DNA from: a virus | Taxonomy: Duplodnaviria; Caudoviricetes | Virus record (IMG/VR): IMGVR_UViG_3300032007_000073 | Span: 1-64,000 of that record | Reading direction: 5' to 3' (one strand) | Length of the DNA stretch: 64,000 nt | Part shown: one piece after another, positions 55,781-64,000 of the stretch | How positions within the stretch are numbered: position 1 is the first letter of the stretch | Layout: every line of letters starts with the position of its first letter | The notes under the pieces: generated by a model | Told to the model about the DNA's origin: nothing | Database searches by the model: none | The model's input: the letters and a program-made list of their open reading frames with translations, nothing else | Program-made: the position numbers and the translations under genes

Positions 55781-56224
55781 ATGACTCAAACATTAAACCA
55801 GTTTAAGACGGAAGTAGTAGCAGGTCAGATAGCATTAGATGCAGTTGAAGGTAAAGCGATAAATGTAATGATTAGTGAAGATTATGCAGGAACAGGAGTT
55901 AAAAACGGAGATGCAGTTTCTTTGGTTGCAACTTCTAAAGCTCCTTTCATAACCGTAGCTCCTAAAACAACAGGTGCAATTGCTGGTGTTGTTGCATTTA
56001 ACGCAGTAAAAAATAAATATGGTGCAAAAGATTTATGTACGATATTTATTAACGGAAAATTCATCTATGCTAATGTAGGCGAAGCAGTAGAAGCAGGAGA
56101 TGAACTTACTTGGGATTCTTCAACAATGAAATTTGTTAAAAAAACAGACGGAACTGTTGATGCAATCGCATTGGACAAAGCAGCAGCAGGATTAACAAGA
56201 ATCGTAGTAAAAGGTATATTTTAA
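55781..56224 (+). CDS. Head decoration/cement protein
   Basis: Between DUF2213 and capsid; Ala/Gly/Val-rich. Confidence 0.65.
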   Translation: MTQTLNQFKTEVVAGQIALDAVEGKAINVMISEDYAGTGVKNGDAVSLVATSKAPFITVAPKTTGAIAGVVAFNAVKNKYGAKDLCTIFINGKFIYANVGEAVEAGDELTWDSSTMKFVKKTDGTVDAIALDKAAAGLTRIVVKGIF

Positions 56225-56240
56225 TAAAGGAGAGATATAA

Positions 56241-57317
56241 ATGAAACTTACAAAAGAACAAATCTTAAGTGGAGAATTTAAGGACGTATATGGTAATGTT
56301 GTAAAGTTGAATGAAGCTGAAATTTTAATGGCAAAACAGTCTCAACAGGCTTTAGATTTGGCATTAAAAGTAAATGCTGCACAAACAGGTCTTGGAGCAG
56401 AAATGGATATAACAACTTTAACAGTTTTGTTAAAAACCATTTCTCAACAGAAATTCTATCAAGTAAATCTTGAAGATTATTTGCCTGAAGAAATAGATGG
56501 TGGTTGGGCAAAACAATTGCTCCAAGTGAGAGAGTACTTGACATCTGATATCGATGAAGGATGGCAAGAAAACAATGTTGCTCAAGCTAAGATACCTGTT
56601 GCAGAAGCAGTTGTTGACGGAAGATACATTCCGGTTGTAACTTGGTTGAAAAAGATTCAATTCACAATCGAAGAATTGAAACAAGCAGCATTGATAAACA
56701 ACTACTCTTTGATAGCAGGTAAAGAAAGAAGTAGAAAAAAATCTTTCGATTTGGGATTACAGAAAATTGCTTTCTTGGGTAACAAAATCGTTAAAGGTCT
56801 TTTGAACCAAGACGATGTTACAATCGATACGACTACAATACCTAAATCATTGAAAGAAATGAGCTTCAATGAAATCAACGTATTTGTAGCAGATGTAATC
56901 GAAAAATACAGAGCAAATTGTAACAGAACTGAGTATCCGAATGTATTTATGATTCCTGAATCAGATTACAACGGATTGGCATCTCAAGTTTCTCCTCAAT
57001 TCCCTGTAAAGAACAAATTGATGTTGATTAAAGAAGCCTTTGATACAATAGCAAGAAAACCTGTTGCAATTCTTCCTTGTGTATATTCTGACGAAGGATA
57101 TAACAACTTAGGATTGACCAGATATGCTTTGTATAACAAAGATATCGACTCTATCAAACTTGTAAAAGCAATTGATTATACTCCTACAATGTTCAATAAC
57201 ATTGATGGATGGAACTTAGTTAATACAGCTTTCGCAAGGGTTGGTGGTGTATTCGTAAACAGACCACAAGAAGTATTGTATTTTGACAGAACCGAAGAAA
57301 GCTCGAGTTCTATATAA
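56241..57317 (+). CDS. Major capsid protein (DUF2184 family)
   Basis: FT.EEL..A; IAFLG....GLLN; GG....RP C-terminus. Confidence 0.85.
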   Translation: MKLTKEQILSGEFKDVYGNVVKLNEAEILMAKQSQQALDLALKVNAAQTGLGAEMDITTLTVLLKTISQQKFYQVNLEDYLPEEIDGGWAKQLLQVREYLTSDIDEGWQENNVAQAKIPVAEAVVDGRYIPVVTWLKKIQFTIEELKQAALINNYSLIAGKERSRKKSFDLGLQKIAFLGNKIVKGLLNQDDVTIDTTTIPKSLKEMSFNEINVFVADVIEKYRANCNRTEYPNVFMIPESDYNGLASQVSPQFPVKNKLMLIKEAFDTIARKPVAILPCVYSDEGYNNLGLTRYALYNKDIDSIKLVKAIDYTPTMFNNIDGWNLVNTAFARVGGVFVNRPQEVLYFDRTEESSSSI

Positions 57318-57336
57318 TCTCTTAAGAGAACAGTAA

Positions 57337-57355
57337 GGGAGGGAGATGCCCTCCC
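57337..57355 (+). other. GC-rich hairpin after the capsid gene
   Basis: GGGAGGG-AGATG-CCCTCCC; no clear U tract. Confidence 0.5.
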
Positions 57356-57379
57356 CCTCCCTTACTTATTGGAGAAGAT

Positions 57380-57625
57380 ATGAAAATTTTAAATACAAGT
57401 TCGGCAAATTTTATAGTTAAGGATAAAAGAGGAAATACTGTAATCTTAGAACCTAATATGACGGTAGAAATTACCGAACAAGTAGGCAAAAAGGTTACAA
57501 GATATCCTTTTATAAAAGTATTGCAAGAACCGAAAAAAGAGACTAAAATTGAAGTAAAAGAAGAAGTTAAAGAAGAAAAAGTAGAAGAAGTTTCACGTGA
57601 AACAAAGAAGAAAAGGAAAAAATAA
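57380..57625 (+). CDS. Small hypothetical head-region protein
   Basis: ORF track; charged C-terminus. Confidence 0.55.
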   Translation: MKILNTSSANFIVKDKRGNTVILEPNMTVEITEQVGKKVTRYPFIKVLQEPKKETKIEVKEEVKEEKVEEVSRETKKKRKK

Positions 57626-58053
57626 TGGATTTTCCAATAACAATTGCAGAGTTTAAAACATTTTTCGCCAAAGATTTTGAGTATGGCTCAGAACCTGAAC
57701 AAGTGTCCGATGCCGATATATCAAGAGCTATGACAGAAGCAAGTATGAACTTTAACGGAGATATGTTTGATACAGAGGACGAAAGAAAGCTCATATTTTC
57801 TTATTTAGTAGCTTATTATTTGGTTGTAGATATAAACAATGCAAATACACAAGGAGCTTCAAATAATGGTGGATTGGTAACTTACAGACAAGTTAGAAAT
57901 GTGTCTGAAAGTTTCAAAGTTCCTAAATGGGTTGAAGAAAACCCTATGATTTCAATGTTTGCACAAAACGGATATGGATTAAAATATATAACAATGGTAT
58001 ATCCTTATTTGATAGGTCGTGTTGGGATAGCACCGGGAAGGACTTTACCGTAA
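57625..58053 (+). CDS. Head-tail adaptor (DUF4054-like)
   Basis: TIAEFKTFF.KDF; YLVAYYL; V.NVSESF; YG..Y. Confidence 0.78.
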   Translation: MDFPITIAEFKTFFAKDFEYGSEPEQVSDADISRAMTEASMNFNGDMFDTEDERKLIFSYLVAYYLVVDINNANTQGASNNGGLVTYRQVRNVSESFKVPKWVEENPMISMFAQNGYGLKYITMVYPYLIGRVGIAPGRTLP

Positions 58054-58592
58054 TGGGAAAAAGTAGAGTTACTTTTAGCTCAAGTCCAAAAAGTTTTTTT
58101 AAAGCGTTTTTGCCGAAAAAAGGAAATATTGAATTTTTTGTTGAGGATACTCCTCACGTGTATGTTGAAGGAAAATCAGGAAAGCCTGTTGTAAGTTCTT
58201 TGTCAACAAAACAGATAGGAGCTATTCACGAATACGGATTAGGAGGTATGCCAAAAAGAAGTTTTATTGAAATGCCTCTTAAATCAAAACTACCTGAAAT
58301 CTTTAGATGGATAAATTTTTATTCACATACCTATAAATCTCTTGAAGAGTTGTTTGAAAGAATAGCACAAATGGCTTATGATGAGATAATGTTAGCTTTT
58401 GAAACAAACGGATATGGAAAATGGAAAAAATTGTCTCCTCTTTATAAAAAGATTACAGGAAGAACAGAACCAGCTCTTACAGATACAGGAATATTAAAAG
58501 ATTCTATAAATTGTAATTACAAAGTAAACAAAACAGGAACAATGGGAAGGATAGGAATATCTCCATTGACAAGAAGAACAAGGGGAAAATAA
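58053..58592 (+). CDS. Neck / tail completion protein (Mu gpG-like)
   Basis: IGAIHEYG...MPKRSF; L.DTG.L..SI. Confidence 0.72.
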   Translation: MGKSRVTFSSSPKSFFKAFLPKKGNIEFFVEDTPHVYVEGKSGKPVVSSLSTKQIGAIHEYGLGGMPKRSFIEMPLKSKLPEIFRWINFYSHTYKSLEELFERIAQMAYDEIMLAFETNGYGKWKKLSPLYKKITGRTEPALTDTGILKDSINCNYKVNKTGTMGRIGISPLTRRTRGK

Positions 58593-58952
58593 GTGTTACC
58601 AAACCTTTCAGGACCAGTTAAAGCATATTTACAGAAGATAACTTTTGATTTAGTTTCTAAATCGATTGTTGATTATGAAGAAAAAGAGACAAGAACGACA
58701 ATAACAACAAGAGGTGTAAGACAACCGATTGACCCTCAAAAACTTCAAATCACAAAAGAAGGTCAAAGGGCTTGGAAATATGAGTGCCTCCATCTTCTTC
58801 CTAAACCACAAATAAAGATAGACGATGTAGTAATTTTTAATGGTGTTCAATATAGAGTAATCGAGAAATACGATTGTACAGAGTACGGATATATAGAATA
58901 TATAATAGCACAGACTTTTGAAGAAAATAACGGTTCTTCGGAGAGTAATTAA
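58593..58952 (+). CDS. Head closure protein
   Basis: QP...L....EGQRAW; D.V.F.G..YRV. Confidence 0.68.
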   Translation: MLPNLSGPVKAYLQKITFDLVSKSIVDYEEKETRTTITTRGVRQPIDPQKLQITKEGQRAWKYECLHLLPKPQIKIDDVVIFNGVQYRVIEKYDCTEYGYIEYIIAQTFEENNGSSESN

Positions 58953-59467
58953 TGGATGTTTTAAAGATTGTTTGCGATATTATCAAGAATCAATTAGGTT
59001 TACAAAACGACCAAATTTGGTTATACAATCAAAAGGTTGATATTCCAAATGACGGGAGAATGTATGTTGTTGTCTCTGTTGATAATGAAGATGTTTTTGG
59101 TTCGAATATAGAAAAAAGAGAAGTTGATACAGGGGAAGAAGCAGATACTTGGATGAACATTAAAACAAACATCTCTATAAATACTTTTTCTTATGGAAAC
59201 GATTGTTTGGAAAAAAGATATGATATAATATCTGCAATAAGAAGTGTTTATAGCATACAACAACAAGAGAAATATCATATGCAAATATCGAGAGTTCCGA
59301 GAATATTTATGGATGCAAGTTTTGCAACTCCGACTGCAAGATTATTTTCTTATCATTACGAGTATTCTATATTGCACATTGAAAAAAGAACTCATAAGGT
59401 TGATTATTTTGACGATTTCAGTAGAGCCGATATGAGTGATACTAATAATTTAAAAATAGATAAATAA
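58952..59467 (+). CDS. Tail terminator-like protein
   Basis: Position before the sheath; IWLYNQK motif. Confidence 0.6.
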   Translation: MDVLKIVCDIIKNQLGLQNDQIWLYNQKVDIPNDGRMYVVVSVDNEDVFGSNIEKREVDTGEEADTWMNIKTNISINTFSYGNDCLEKRYDIISAIRSVYSIQQQEKYHMQISRVPRIFMDASFATPTARLFSYHYEYSILHIEKRTHKVDYFDDFSRADMSDTNNLKIDK

Positions 59468-59478
59468 GGAGATTAAAA

Positions 59479-60648
59479 ATGGGTAATGAATTAAGTTTGT
59501 CAAATGTAATAAATGTTACTTTAGTTCCTTCGCCAACAGGATTAAAAGAATTTAAAACTGCTAATTTGTTATTGTATAGTACAGAAGTTCCGATAGTTGA
59601 TTTTGGAACAGATAAGTTCAGATTGTACTATTCCGCTGCTAATGTAGCAAACGATTTCGGTGTAAACTCTTTAACTTACAAGATGGCTTTAGGAGTATTT
59701 TCTCAAGCTCCAAACATTTTGAGCAATTCAGGAGTATTGATAATCGCTCTTAAAGAAGGAAACGAAAGTCAAGTAGAGGCTTTTAACAGATTAAAAGGAT
59801 TGACTCTTTTCTGTGGTTGGATGACAACGGATACAATTTCTAATGATTTAGCAGCAATAGATGTAAGCGAAAGTTCAGGAGATTCTGTTGAAGTTGCTTC
59901 GTTATCTGCAGCCGTAAATGCAGAAAATAACAAGATTCAATTTGTTGTTTCCAATATTGATAGTGATGTTCAAGGTGTATTTAAAGATATAAAGGATATG
60001 TCTTTTTCAAAAACAAGATGTATTTTTTATGGTGGAACAGAAACAGAGGCTAAAGTTATGATGGCATCTTATGCTTCAAGAGCTATGTCAACGATATTTG
60101 AAGGTTCAAGAACTACTCAAACAATGCACTTAAAGACATTGACAGGTATATTGCCTGACCCGATAATGTACGAAACTTTGTTTGGAAAATGTAAAGAAAA
60201 CGGTGTAGATTCTTATGTTTCAATTGAAGGTGTACCTTGTGTTTTCTCTAACGGAGCAAATGGTTTCTTCGATGAAGTATTTAATGAAATATGGTTCGTA
60301 AATGCTATACAAGTAGCAGGATTTAATGCTTTAAAAAAGACAGGAACAAAGATAACTCAGACAGAAGAAGGTATGACAACCTTGAAATCTTATTATTCTT
60401 CTGTTTGTGGCAGAGCCGTAACTAACGGATTTATTGCTCCTGGAGAATGGACTTTACCTGATACTTTTGGAAATCCTGAAACATTTAAAGCAAATATTTC
60501 AAAATTGGGATATTATATTTATTCTTTACCTGTAGCACAACAGTCTCAAGCAGATAGAGAAGAAAGAAAAGCTCCATTAGTACAGATAGCAATAAAAGCT
60601 GCTGGTGCAATACATTCTTCCAACATAACAATTAATATAAATTTATAG
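59479..60648 (+). CDS. Contractile tail sheath (DUF3383 family), short
   Basis: LSNVINV; V..DFG.NS..YK.A..VFSQ.P; KTLTGI.P; KITQTEEG; GYYIY..P...QSQADRE.RKAP. Confidence 0.88.
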   Translation: MGNELSLSNVINVTLVPSPTGLKEFKTANLLLYSTEVPIVDFGTDKFRLYYSAANVANDFGVNSLTYKMALGVFSQAPNILSNSGVLIIALKEGNESQVEAFNRLKGLTLFCGWMTTDTISNDLAAIDVSESSGDSVEVASLSAAVNAENNKIQFVVSNIDSDVQGVFKDIKDMSFSKTRCIFYGGTETEAKVMMASYASRAMSTIFEGSRTTQTMHLKTLTGILPDPIMYETLFGKCKENGVDSYVSIEGVPCVFSNGANGFFDEVFNEIWFVNAIQVAGFNALKKTGTKITQTEEGMTTLKSYYSSVCGRAVTNGFIAPGEWTLPDTFGNPETFKANISKLGYYIYSLPVAQQSQADREERKAPLVQIAIKAAGAIHSSNITININL

Positions 60649-60658
60649 GAGGTTTAAT

Positions 60659-61129
60659 ATGCAATTTTCAATAACTGGCGATGACCAATTTATTTTTCAA
60701 GGTTTAAGTGGAGTAGATAACATATCAAACGATTTGGCAGACGGAGATATTGGAGTTTTAACCGTTCCTAATAATTTGATAAACTTGGCAGTAGGTAAAA
60801 ACAAAAATGCGATATATGCTTTGGATGAAAGTGGGAGACAATTTGAATTAGAATTGAGAGTTTTAAAAGGTTCTAATACAGATGCTGCCTTTGTAGATAA
60901 AGTAAATTCTTATCTTGGTGGTAACTTTGCAGGATTGACTTTCTTAACAGGGTCAGTAACAAAAATGCTTGGAGACGGTCAAGGCAATCTTAAGAAATGG
61001 GTTGTTCAATTAAGTGGTGGTGTTGTAAGAAAGTTACCTGAAACAAGAACTAATGTAAATGGAGATACGGAACAGTCTGTCTCTATATATACAATAGTTG
61101 GTGTTATAGATAGTTTATCGATAGAGTAA
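60659..61129 (+). CDS. Tail tube protein
   Basis: Follows the sheath; LRVLKGS.TD. Confidence 0.8.
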   Translation: MQFSITGDDQFIFQGLSGVDNISNDLADGDIGVLTVPNNLINLAVGKNKNAIYALDESGRQFELELRVLKGSNTDAAFVDKVNSYLGGNFAGLTFLTGSVTKMLGDGQGNLKKWVVQLSGGVVRKLPETRTNVNGDTEQSVSIYTIVGVIDSLSIE

Positions 61130-61146
61130 AATAATAGGAGGGCAAA

Positions 61147-61467
61147 ATGGAAGTATTTAAAAGTGTAGAAGAAGTAGATATTCAAGGACATAAATTAGAA
61201 GTTCATTTAGGAACTTTTATTGAAAGTGAAAAATTGTTCACGGAAGTTATTAAGTGTTACAAAGAGGGCAAAGAAGGAGTTGAGCTTCTTACGGTAGATA
61301 GTGTAAAAGAAGCTCTTTTACCTTTGTTAAAGAAAAGTTTTTTTGATAACCAAGAAATAAAAGATTGGTCTTTTTTTAATGATATTAAAATGAGGGGATT
61401 TTATGTTCCTATAAGTTTAAAAGTATTGGACCTGAATACTGCCCCTTTTATGACAAGTCCTTTGTAA
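61147..61467 (+). CDS. Tail assembly chaperone (short form)
   Basis: Between tube and tape measure; ends just after a slippery heptamer. Confidence 0.75.
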   Translation: MEVFKSVEEVDIQGHKLEVHLGTFIESEKLFTEVIKCYKEGKEGVELLTVDSVKEALLPLLKKSFFDNQEIKDWSFFNDIKMRGFYVPISLKVLDLNTAPFMTSPL

Positions 61468-61697
61468 TTCTTAAATCAAGTTTTATAAAGGACGATGATT
61501 CTTACAGTCCAAAAATAGAAGTTAGAGATACGGTAGCTTTAGCAATATTCAGAATAGTAAAATTAGGATATGGAACATTAGAGCAAGTAAAAAAGTTTAC
61601 TGCAAGAGAAGTGATACAAATATTGAAGTACGAAGATTTTATATCAAACTATGAAAGAATAGTAGTAGAAAGACAAAAAAACGATTATAGAGGTTAA
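61443..61697 (+). CDS. -1 frameshift extension of the tail assembly chaperone
   Basis: C CCT TTT at 61443-61449; the -1 frame is open for 84 codons to TAA 61695-97, just before the tape-measure ATG. Confidence 0.8.
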   Translation, partial: PFYDKSFVILKSSFIKDDDSYSPKIEVRDTVALAIFRIVKLGYGTLEQVKKFTAREVIQILKYEDFISNYERIVVERQKNDYRG

Positions 61698-61699
61698 AA

Positions 61700-63040
61700 A
61701 TGGGTCCTGAAGTAAAAGGCAAGATAGCAATAGATGCAGATTTCTCACAAGCCGAAAAAAGATTAGCAGACTTTGTTCGTGCGATAGAGAGAAATGCAAA
61801 ATTAAAAAAATCTTCTATAAACAGAATGACCCAGCCTTTACTTAAAGATATTTTTGATAAATGGCAAAGGCACAAAACATACGATTCTAATTATAGAGAA
61901 TATTTAAAAGAAAGAACAAAGTCGTATCTTACAAGCAAAGCTCGTATGGGAGCTTTTGGAGAAGAATATAAAAATCTTTCTAAAGAAGCAAAGCAAACAT
62001 TTATAGAAAATATGTTAAAAGATTTTTTGCCTTATATGTCAAAGACTATTAAAGAAGAAGGATTAGAAAGAAAAAGACAAAAAATACAACTTAAAAGAGA
62101 CCAAGAAGAAAGAGCAAGAAAATTTATGAGTGAAGAAAAATGGAACACAAAAATGAATCTTCTTCACGATAAAGCTCTTAAAGAAAACAAAGCCTTCGAT
62201 GAAAAGAAAAAGAAATTAGAACTTAAAGAACAACAAAAAGAGTTCAAAGAAAAAGAAAAAAATCGTAAGAAATTGTTTAATGCTTTGCTTTTTAAATGGG
62301 GAAAACTTGGTATAGCTGGTATGATAGCAGGTCAAGCTATCAGATATATTTCGAAAGGTGTTGGTTTAGCAAATTCAGTTGCACAAACTTCTTTAGGATA
62401 TGAAAGAACAATTGAAGGAGGAGCTTCTGAAGGTGGTTTTTTTGGTGGTAGCTTAGCTGCGATGCAAAGAGCTGGTATTTCTGCTCAAACTTATGGAAGT
62501 TGGAAAAGAAGTATGCTTGGCAAAGTTGGAGCTATCAAACTCGGTATGGGAAATGCTGCTCCGTTTGCGATGTTAGGTGTAAGTGCTTTAGACAAAATGG
62601 ACGATATAGAACTTGAAATCGAGAAAAGACTACAAAGACTTCCTGCGGAAACTTCTTGGGCTTTAGGTAGCCAAATGGGATTATCTTATGATTTGTGGGC
62701 TGCTATGTATAGAGGCGAAATAGATAGAACAAAACCTGGTTATGATGAAGATGCAATAAAGGCTTGGGCAGAAGCCGCTAAAAATATAAACGAATTTATT
62801 ACAGCCATAAAAGTTCCAATGTATAATGTACTTGGATACTTAGCAAAAATGTTGACAACAAAAGAAGGATGGGCTGGACTTGCGACAGGAGGATTAGGTT
62901 CAAGTATGTATTTGCCAGGCTCATCTGCACAAAGAGCTATTGAAATGCTTATAAAGATAGATAATGAAGGAAAAGCTAAAGTTGAAACAAATAATATTGA
63001 AAATGAAAATATAAGAACTTTTATTGAACTTAATCAATAG
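61700..63040 (+). CDS. Tape measure protein (short)
   Basis: Position after the chaperone; coiled coil plus Gly/Ala-rich hydrophobic segments. Confidence 0.68.
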   Translation: MGPEVKGKIAIDADFSQAEKRLADFVRAIERNAKLKKSSINRMTQPLLKDIFDKWQRHKTYDSNYREYLKERTKSYLTSKARMGAFGEEYKNLSKEAKQTFIENMLKDFLPYMSKTIKEEGLERKRQKIQLKRDQEERARKFMSEEKWNTKMNLLHDKALKENKAFDEKKKKLELKEQQKEFKEKEKNRKKLFNALLFKWGKLGIAGMIAGQAIRYISKGVGLANSVAQTSLGYERTIEGGASEGGFFGGSLAAMQRAGISAQTYGSWKRSMLGKVGAIKLGMGNAAPFAMLGVSALDKMDDIELEIEKRLQRLPAETSWALGSQMGLSYDLWAAMYRGEIDRTKPGYDEDAIKAWAEAAKNINEFITAIKVPMYNVLGYLAKMLTTKEGWAGLATGGLGSSMYLPGSSAQRAIEMLIKIDNEGKAKVETNNIENENIRTFIELNQ

Positions 63041-63048
63041 GAGAAAAT

Positions 63049-64000
63049 ATGGACTTAAGTCAATTAAAACTAAACTCTAAAATAGATGTTAATCAAAAGA
63101 TTGGTAATTGGAATCTTGGAACTATTAACCAAATAACAGGATTGGCGAACAATGCTATAAGTTCCTTACAAGCACTTATATTCCCGCAAGAAGGATATAA
63201 TGAAGATATAAATCCTACTGACGAAACAATAGTAGGTATAACTGCAAATCTAAAAGAAGGTGGAAATAAGGGCTTTATTTTTGATTTAAAAGAAGATTAC
63301 AGAATTAATCTTACTTCCGATATAACAGACCATTATGTAGAAGAAAATATAGCAATTCAAGACCATATAGCTTTAAAACCTATAATACTTGAAGTCTCAG
63401 GAAAGATATCCGAAAAAACACTCATAACTCCTTATGATGAAGAAGAGAATACAGATTCTATACAAAAGGCTTTTAATAAGGTAAACTCTTATTATAATAG
63501 AATGGGGTCGTTATCAACCTTCGTTCCAAACATAATGAACCAAGCTAAAGATATATTAAATACGGCTCAAAGTGCTTATAACACATATAAGAGTTTGTCG
63601 AATTTTATAAAATCTTCAAAGGGAGACGATAAACCTCAAACAAGACAATCTAAAATCGTTTCTATGTTTAGAGACTATTGGATGAACAGAACACAGTTTA
63701 CGATAGTTACTCCTTTTTGTATTTTAGATAGTATGTATATATTAGATTTCTCTGCTAACCAACCTAAGAACACAAAGTATGTTACAGAGATAAAAATAAA
63801 ATTCAAACATTTAAGAAAAGCAGAAGTTAAATACACATATACAAAAGTTAAATGTCAAGGATTAGCAATAGAAGAGAATAAGAAACAAGTTACCGAGTTG
63901 CCTCCTGAAATAGTAGGACAATCTGCATTTCCTCCGATAGCAACAGAAGAAAAGATGGCAGGAGATTTTGTTAAACAAACTCTTAATGTAGTAAAACAAT
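63049..64000 (+). CDS. Baseplate hub / tail-tube initiator-like protein, truncated by the window end (absent from ORF track)
   Basis: ATG 63049 after AGGAG; SDITDHYVEENIAIQDHIALKP motif; no stop seen before 64000. Confidence 0.68.
   Translation, partial: MDLSQLKLNSKIDVNQKIGNWNLGTINQITGLANNAISSLQALIFPQEGYNEDINPTDETIVGITANLKEGGNKGFIFDLKEDYRINLTSDITDHYVEENIAIQDHIALKPIILEVSGKISEKTLITPYDEEENTDSIQKAFNKVNSYYNRMGSLSTFVPNIMNQAKDILNTAQSAYNTYKSLSNFIKSSKGDDKPQTRQSKIVSMFRDYWMNRTQFTIVTPFCILDSMYILDFSANQPKNTKYVTEIKIKFKHLRKAEVKYTYTKVKCQGLAIEENKKQVTELPPEIVGQSAFPPIATEEKMAGDFVKQTLNVVKQ

Larger units (their letters stand above)
23950..64000. mobile_element. Myovirus-type phage segment (fibre/lysis, early and replication block, terminase operon, contractile-tail morphogenesis), truncated at right
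   Basis: Second TerS/TerL pair, DUF1073/DUF2213/DUF2184/DUF3383-type module; CCGG-poor, no GATC seen. Left boundary inferred. Confidence 0.75.

Noticed and set aside
1-64000. Numerous opposite-strand and alternate-frame ORFs in the track (e.g. 235..540, 4426..4869, 5878..6189, 16085..16573, 28906..29349, 55147..55719)
   Set aside because: They lie inside well-supported genes, lack SD sequences and have F/L/S/I-rich shadow composition
1-64000. CRISPR array, tRNA or rRNA genes
   Set aside because: No regularly spaced repeat-spacer units and no cloverleaf with T-loop/D-loop consensus seen; tRNAscan-SE and CRISPR finders would be decisive
1-64000. Stop-codon reassignment
   Set aside because: Hallmark genes translate to full expected length in code 11, and TAA, TAG and TGA all end genes at plausible points
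1-64000. Host assignment
   Set aside because: Spanin-like genes and a GT9-like enzyme hint at a diderm host and promoters are sigma70-type, but nothing in the sequence supports a named taxon

Overview
The window is entirely phage DNA and holds two different tailed-phage head/tail modules, each with its own terminase pair. Left part (1 to about 23.9 kb, + strand): podovirus-type module with TerS, TerL, scaffold, capsid, decoration, T7/BPP-1-like portal, gp11/gp12-like tail tube proteins, ejection proteins and a 2511-aa polyvalent protein. This DNA is rich in CCGG and GATC. From about 23.95 kb the oligonucleotide signature changes (CCGG rare, no GATC seen by eye). It continues as a tail-fibre and lysis cassette (+), then a 20-kb early/replication block (-). 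That block carries two glycosyltransferases, an initiator with iterons, two DNA methyltransferases, RusA, RecT/RecE and an amidoligase plus glutamine amidotransferase. Next come an AT-rich control region, an inverted TerS/TerL operon (-) and a myovirus-type module (+): DUF1073 portal, DUF2213, DUF2184 capsid, DUF3383 sheath, tube, frameshifted chaperone and tape measure, cut off at the window end. The best leads are (1) the two-virion arrangement with a join at a tail-fibre gene, which may be an assembly chimera; (2) a family of covarying hairpin cassettes between the early genes; (3) several structured non-coding RNA candidates, two with their own promoter and terminator; (4) the virion-delivered ART/zincin polyvalent protein; and (5) a fully dual-coded spanin-like pair. 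No tRNA, rRNA, CRISPR array, integrase or reverse transcriptase was recognised. Family names come from motif recognition only, with no database searches, and k-mer statements are by eye.
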